Shown one piece after another: positions 59,901 to 64,000 of a stretch of DNA of 64,000 nt; the first letter of the stretch is position 1, and the number at the start of each line of letters is the position of its first letter. Where the stretch lies: positions 4,268,335 to 4,332,334 of the forward strand of contig NW_002060947.1 of assembly GCF_000150275.1 (NCBI RefSeq), written 5' to 3'. The DNA comes from Trichoplax adhaerens. Taxonomy: Eukaryota; Animalia; Placozoa. Under the pieces are notes generated by a model. The model worked only from the letters and a program-made list of their open reading frames with translations. It was not told the origin of the DNA and ran no database searches. The position numbers and the translations under genes were made by a program.

Positions 59901-62704
59901 AAATAGAATCAGGACGAAACGACGTATTATACTAACTGGGACACCTTTACAAAACAATTTAAGCGAATGTATATACTCCGTAAAAAGATCTTTTATTTAC
60001 AAATGTGCAGATGTACTTTACTATATTTACATTTTTTCCTTTCCTGGATCTAGATCTTGACTTAACTTTTGAATTATTTTTGTACCAGATTATTATATGG
60101 TCAATTTTGTTAAGCCACGGTTACTTGGCTCGATGAGTGAATTCAAAAATAGGTTCATTAATCCAATTCGTAATGGACTACATGCGGATTCTACAAGGGA
60201 TGATGTAAAATATATGAAGAAACGCACTTATGTATTGAATTTGAAAGTCAAGGCTTTTGTACAGGTTGCCGGTGTAATGTTTTGTATTAGGTTATATGTT
60301 GAAGAATTTCTTTATTAACTTAGCTCGTTATACATTTATGCAGAGATACGATTACGATGTGTTAGAGTCTGAGCTGCCTCCGAAACATGAATATGTTATT
60401 TATATTCGTATGTCGAGAAAACAATGTGAACTTTACAAATCTTACTTAGAAAAGTTTGCATCTGACGATCATCTACATTTTCGGACCTACTGTAAGTATT
60501 TTTCTCCCATCATCATTGTAACTATTTTCCTGCTATGAGGAATTTATAGATTTGGCTTTGTGTGTAGCTTTATTTGGTGATTTCTCGAACTTGACAAGCA
60601 TTTGGACGTATCCTTGGAATTGGAAAAGAGATAATAATAATTCCATGACGGACATGGTTTCTGAAAACGATGAAGTCAGCACTGTTAGTGATGGAGGGTG
60701 CTCTACTACATGGAAAGATTCAAGTCTGGCTGAAGATTGTGACCATCTTCAAAATGATACCGGCATTATTGACGCTACGAGGCTTGATTTAGGTGATACG
60801 ACCAAAGGAAATGAAAATGATTCAGCTAATACACGTGTAAATAGTGATGACGGAAGTAAAAAGGCTGTAACCGTGGATCAGTTAGTATTAAACACTACTA
60901 TTAATTCAGCTAGTGATAAAGATGCAGTTGATAGACATAAAAAGCGCTGGCTGGAACAACTTGCGAAGGTTCCACAAGAAGATCTTATGACATATTGTAA
61001 CAAAATGAAAGTCGTTGTGAAAATAATCGATCTGGCCTATAAATTACAAGAGAAAGTAATTATATTCAGCCATAGTCTATGTTGTCTGACATTGATTGAA
61101 GAAGTATTGAGAGAGAATTGTACACCTAGCTTGTCATATGAAGACTACTGCAGAATGGACGGAAGAACGTCTGCGGAACTACGTCAGCGTTATATTGATA
61201 AATTTAATAATAGCAATAGCTATCGGTAAGACCTGTGTACTTGTACTCTGTAATAAAGTATATTAGGTAATAAGATTAATTACATCATTTGTAGTTCTAA
61301 GAATTTTATTTGATCAAGGTGTTGATAATTTCTGCATAAATTAACTTTCTTAACTTTCTAATGTTTTTAGATGCAGAGTATTCCTAATTTCGACGCGTGC
61401 TGGTAGCTTAGGAATTAATTTGACTGCTGCTAGTAGAGTAGTTTTATTTGACGTTGGTTGGAATCCGTCTTATGATATGCAAGCGATTTTCCGTGCTTAC
61501 CGATTTGGGCAAAAAAAAACGGTTTATGTTTATCGTCTTGTCGCAAAGGTATGACTGTAAAGTTGACATATAAAGTAATTGCATCGATATTTAAATGGGA
61601 TGATATGCGTGCTTAGTCCTTCTTTACCCGAAACTGATAGGGTACAATGGAACAAAAAATCTATGAAAGACAGGTTGATGTTATTTCAGGAATACGTATA
61701 GAAATGCAATAAATCCAACCATGAACTATACATATGCCTCTTCATTGAATTAGGTTACGAAACAATCATTAGCTTACAGAGTTATTGACAAGCGTCAAAT
61801 CGAGCGCCATTATACCATGTCAGAATTGCAGGAACTGTATGCCTTTACTCCTGAGCCGGATAATTTAAAAACTCCCTTAGTCCCACAGGTTTACGGAACT
61901 ATATTCTTGTTCAAGTCTAGGGATGTAATGCGTAACGGTATTTGATATGGATCGTTTGTGTATAATTAGGATCAAATTCTTGCGGAAATTATACAGGATC
62001 TACATCCGAAAATCCTTTTAAGTTATCATGAACATGATTCTTTACTCAAGAATATAGAATCAGAAAAATTAACAGAAGATGAGCGGAAGGCTGCATGGGA
62101 AGAATATAAAGCAGACGAAACGTAATCTTTTGATTTGAGAATCAGTCATTGTTATCATTCTTCACGTGGCAAGATTAACTTAAAATTTTTTATTTTATTT
62201 ATTTACAATTCTTAGGCGGCAGTTAAAGCAGCTGCAAGGAAACGATAATCCCATAGGTAATTCTAGTTATGTATGTTGAACCCGTTGTAGTTGGTATTAT
62301 CATTACGAACGCAGCAGCTGAATTATAGGAAATAAGCTAGATTGATTGTTATGGATTATGCAATACTTTTATTTGCTTGCTGCTTTTTTATCTTAATTTG
62401 ATTATAATAAAGCATGCTATGCATATTCTGTATTTATTGCAAAGTGGTATTCTGAATTTATGCGAAGCGAATGTAGAAAACTTATTCGATCTCATTATCT
62501 GCCTATTTTGGATTAGGACTCGAGCAGGCGCAAAACATGCTATCATTGAATACTAATGGAAGTTTTGGTAATAATCAAGAAATTGTAAATAGTACGACGG
62601 GCGAATTGCCGTCGCAATTGGATAATCGTAGTGAGATGTTACCATCAACTCACGCTCAGCTGAATTTCCCTGGATATCGATCTTCATTCGGTTACATGGC
62701 TTAG
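56997..62704 (+). CDS. ATRX: ATRX SNF2-family chromatin remodeller (ADD domain + helicase). True 5' end uncertain; ATG at 57002 is a candidate start
   Basis: ADD domain: exon 56997-57082 MECSVC...VAMCK spliced to ACHDF...[12 protein letters not shown]...[20 protein letters not shown]...WRCFAC. Then [85 protein letters not shown]. Stop at about 62704. Confidence 0.93.
58590..58748 (+). repeat. In-frame 78-bp (26-aa) tandem duplication in the ATRX disordered linker
   Basis: VSSERRRD[N/D][17 protein letters not shown] occurs twice, with 3 nt differences. Confidence 0.95.
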
Positions 62705-63649
62705 AACATGTAGATTGGTTGTTTATATAAATAAGATGTTACACGTTAAATAAAGTGTATTGTGAAGCATTGATAATTTTTCAATTATATTGTACGAGTA
62801 TTTGTTTCTGGCCAAGTGGTAAGATTGGTAGAAGTTCGGCTGCTTTACTGTGGATAAATAGAAACGACTTCATTATAAAGCGTTCGACATTAGTGTATTA
62901 TCTTCAAATTTTTATTTTACCTTTGAGATTAAAAGTAGAGCTATAAGAGATTTAGTCGTTCGCAGTTGCTATTAATACTAATTACAGTACAGTAGATATT
63001 CTGTTTTCGTATTGATATTCAGCTAGTTAATGTATGAAAATACTGAGTCTGTTATGTGTTTGCATATAAAGTTAAGTTTTCTTTGGTAACCCAGTATTAT
63101 CTGTTATTGTTACAAACACAATTATAAATCTAACACTTTAAAGCGTTTTTTTATATGGAATAATGTTTGTGATATCAGTACTGTATGTTATGCTGACAAT
63201 CCTGTATTACGGTCTAATATGTTAAGGAATGCAATAAATTTATTTTAGTAACTTAAAAAGCTATTCGCAAATGTAATTGTAGATAGTTTAAAGTTATATT
63301 ATCAATTGATGAGATCGGTGCTTGCGAATGCCTTAGTCGTTACGGAAACATATATCTGTATAGTTTCGTGACATTTTGATTTATGTCAAATATAGTTGAT
63401 TACAGACTTAACAGTAAATGAATCGACTTGATAACTACTTTGAAGAAATGTAAAATGACCACAGAAAATATTTGTATCATTTACCACTGGTGATACCATA
63501 TTTATTTTCGGTAAGCGATGATACATTATAATTTATTCGAGCTATATGATAATTTCAAAGGGATGTTCTTGAATATCCTTTTGATCAAAACTTCACGTTT
63601 CTTTTCAAACTATATGCGGAATGGTAAATGTGTAATGTTCAAGAAAAAA

Positions 63650-63955
63650 TCACTGATCATTTTGTTGCTGTTTCTTTTTTCGAGGCGATTTCAGCTTTCT
63701 AGCATTGCCCATTTTGCGCCAATCAGCTGCTAATCGTATATCTTGCTTTGTAACAGCACTAAAATCCAATTGCCTTAGATTAGGAAGGAGAGAAAGAACG
63801 TAATTCCTATATCCCTGTACGTCAACAATAGGGTTACCATGGAGTGCTATCGATTTCAGCTCAGTTAAAGATGCTAGTTTATCAATCTCTTCTATATCTT
63901 CGATTTTATTACCATGTAGATATAAAACTTTTATACATGGATAATTAAGCAAGAC
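63650..63955 (-). CDS. LRRC51: Leucine-rich repeat protein 51, terminal exon (gene continues beyond the window)
   Basis: Acceptor tacag at 63956-63960. Exon gives VLYLHGNKIEDIEEIDKLASLTELKSIALHGNP...GYRNYVLSLLPNLRQLDFSAVTKQD...W, matching the LRRC51 C-terminal LRR/LRRcap. Confidence 0.85.
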   Translation of the reverse strand, partial: VLLNYPCIKVLYLHGNKIEDIEEIDKLASLTELKSIALHGNPIVDVQGYRNYVLSLLPNLRQLDFSAVTKQDIRLAADWRKMGNARKLKSPRKKKQQQNDQ

Positions 63956-64000
63956 CTGTATATGTAGAGGAGCTGTTATTAGTTTAAATCTAAATTTTCA

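Noticed and set aside
59969-60089. ATRX intron with GTATAT donor and cttaac branch-like word as a possible U12 intron
   Set aside because: The donor lacks the TCCT core and there is a normal T-rich acceptor; best treated as U2.

Overview
AT-rich, intron-containing animal genomic DNA. It is most consistent with a compact basal-metazoan genome such as a placozoan (Trichoplax-like); this is inferred from composition, short introns and intronless GPCR arrays, not proven. Bases 1-18 kb hold a cluster of intronless class A (rhodopsin-like) GPCRs: two intact genes and two related pseudogenes. Bases 19-64 kb hold conserved spliced genes: NAA15/16 (-), RNF121/175 (+), a NuMA orthologue (-), UQCRB (-), ATRX (+) and the last exon of LRRC51 (-). 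The most striking unexplained structure is non-coding. Each housekeeping gene 5' end in the window is preceded by a dense island of CAGTA/TACTG pentamers, and no such island occurs in the GPCR cluster. Two islands are bounded by the same oriented (TTAA)n + ATGGACTAC...GTAGTCCAT module, and neighbouring 110-130 bp tandem arrays are gaining CAGTA units. Other highlights: two U12-type introns, RNF121-NUMA1-LRRC51 microsynteny resembling human 11q13.4, an 85-bp tandem hairpin array, and a TTAGGG-containing inverted repeat upstream of ATRX. Exon boundaries were read by eye.
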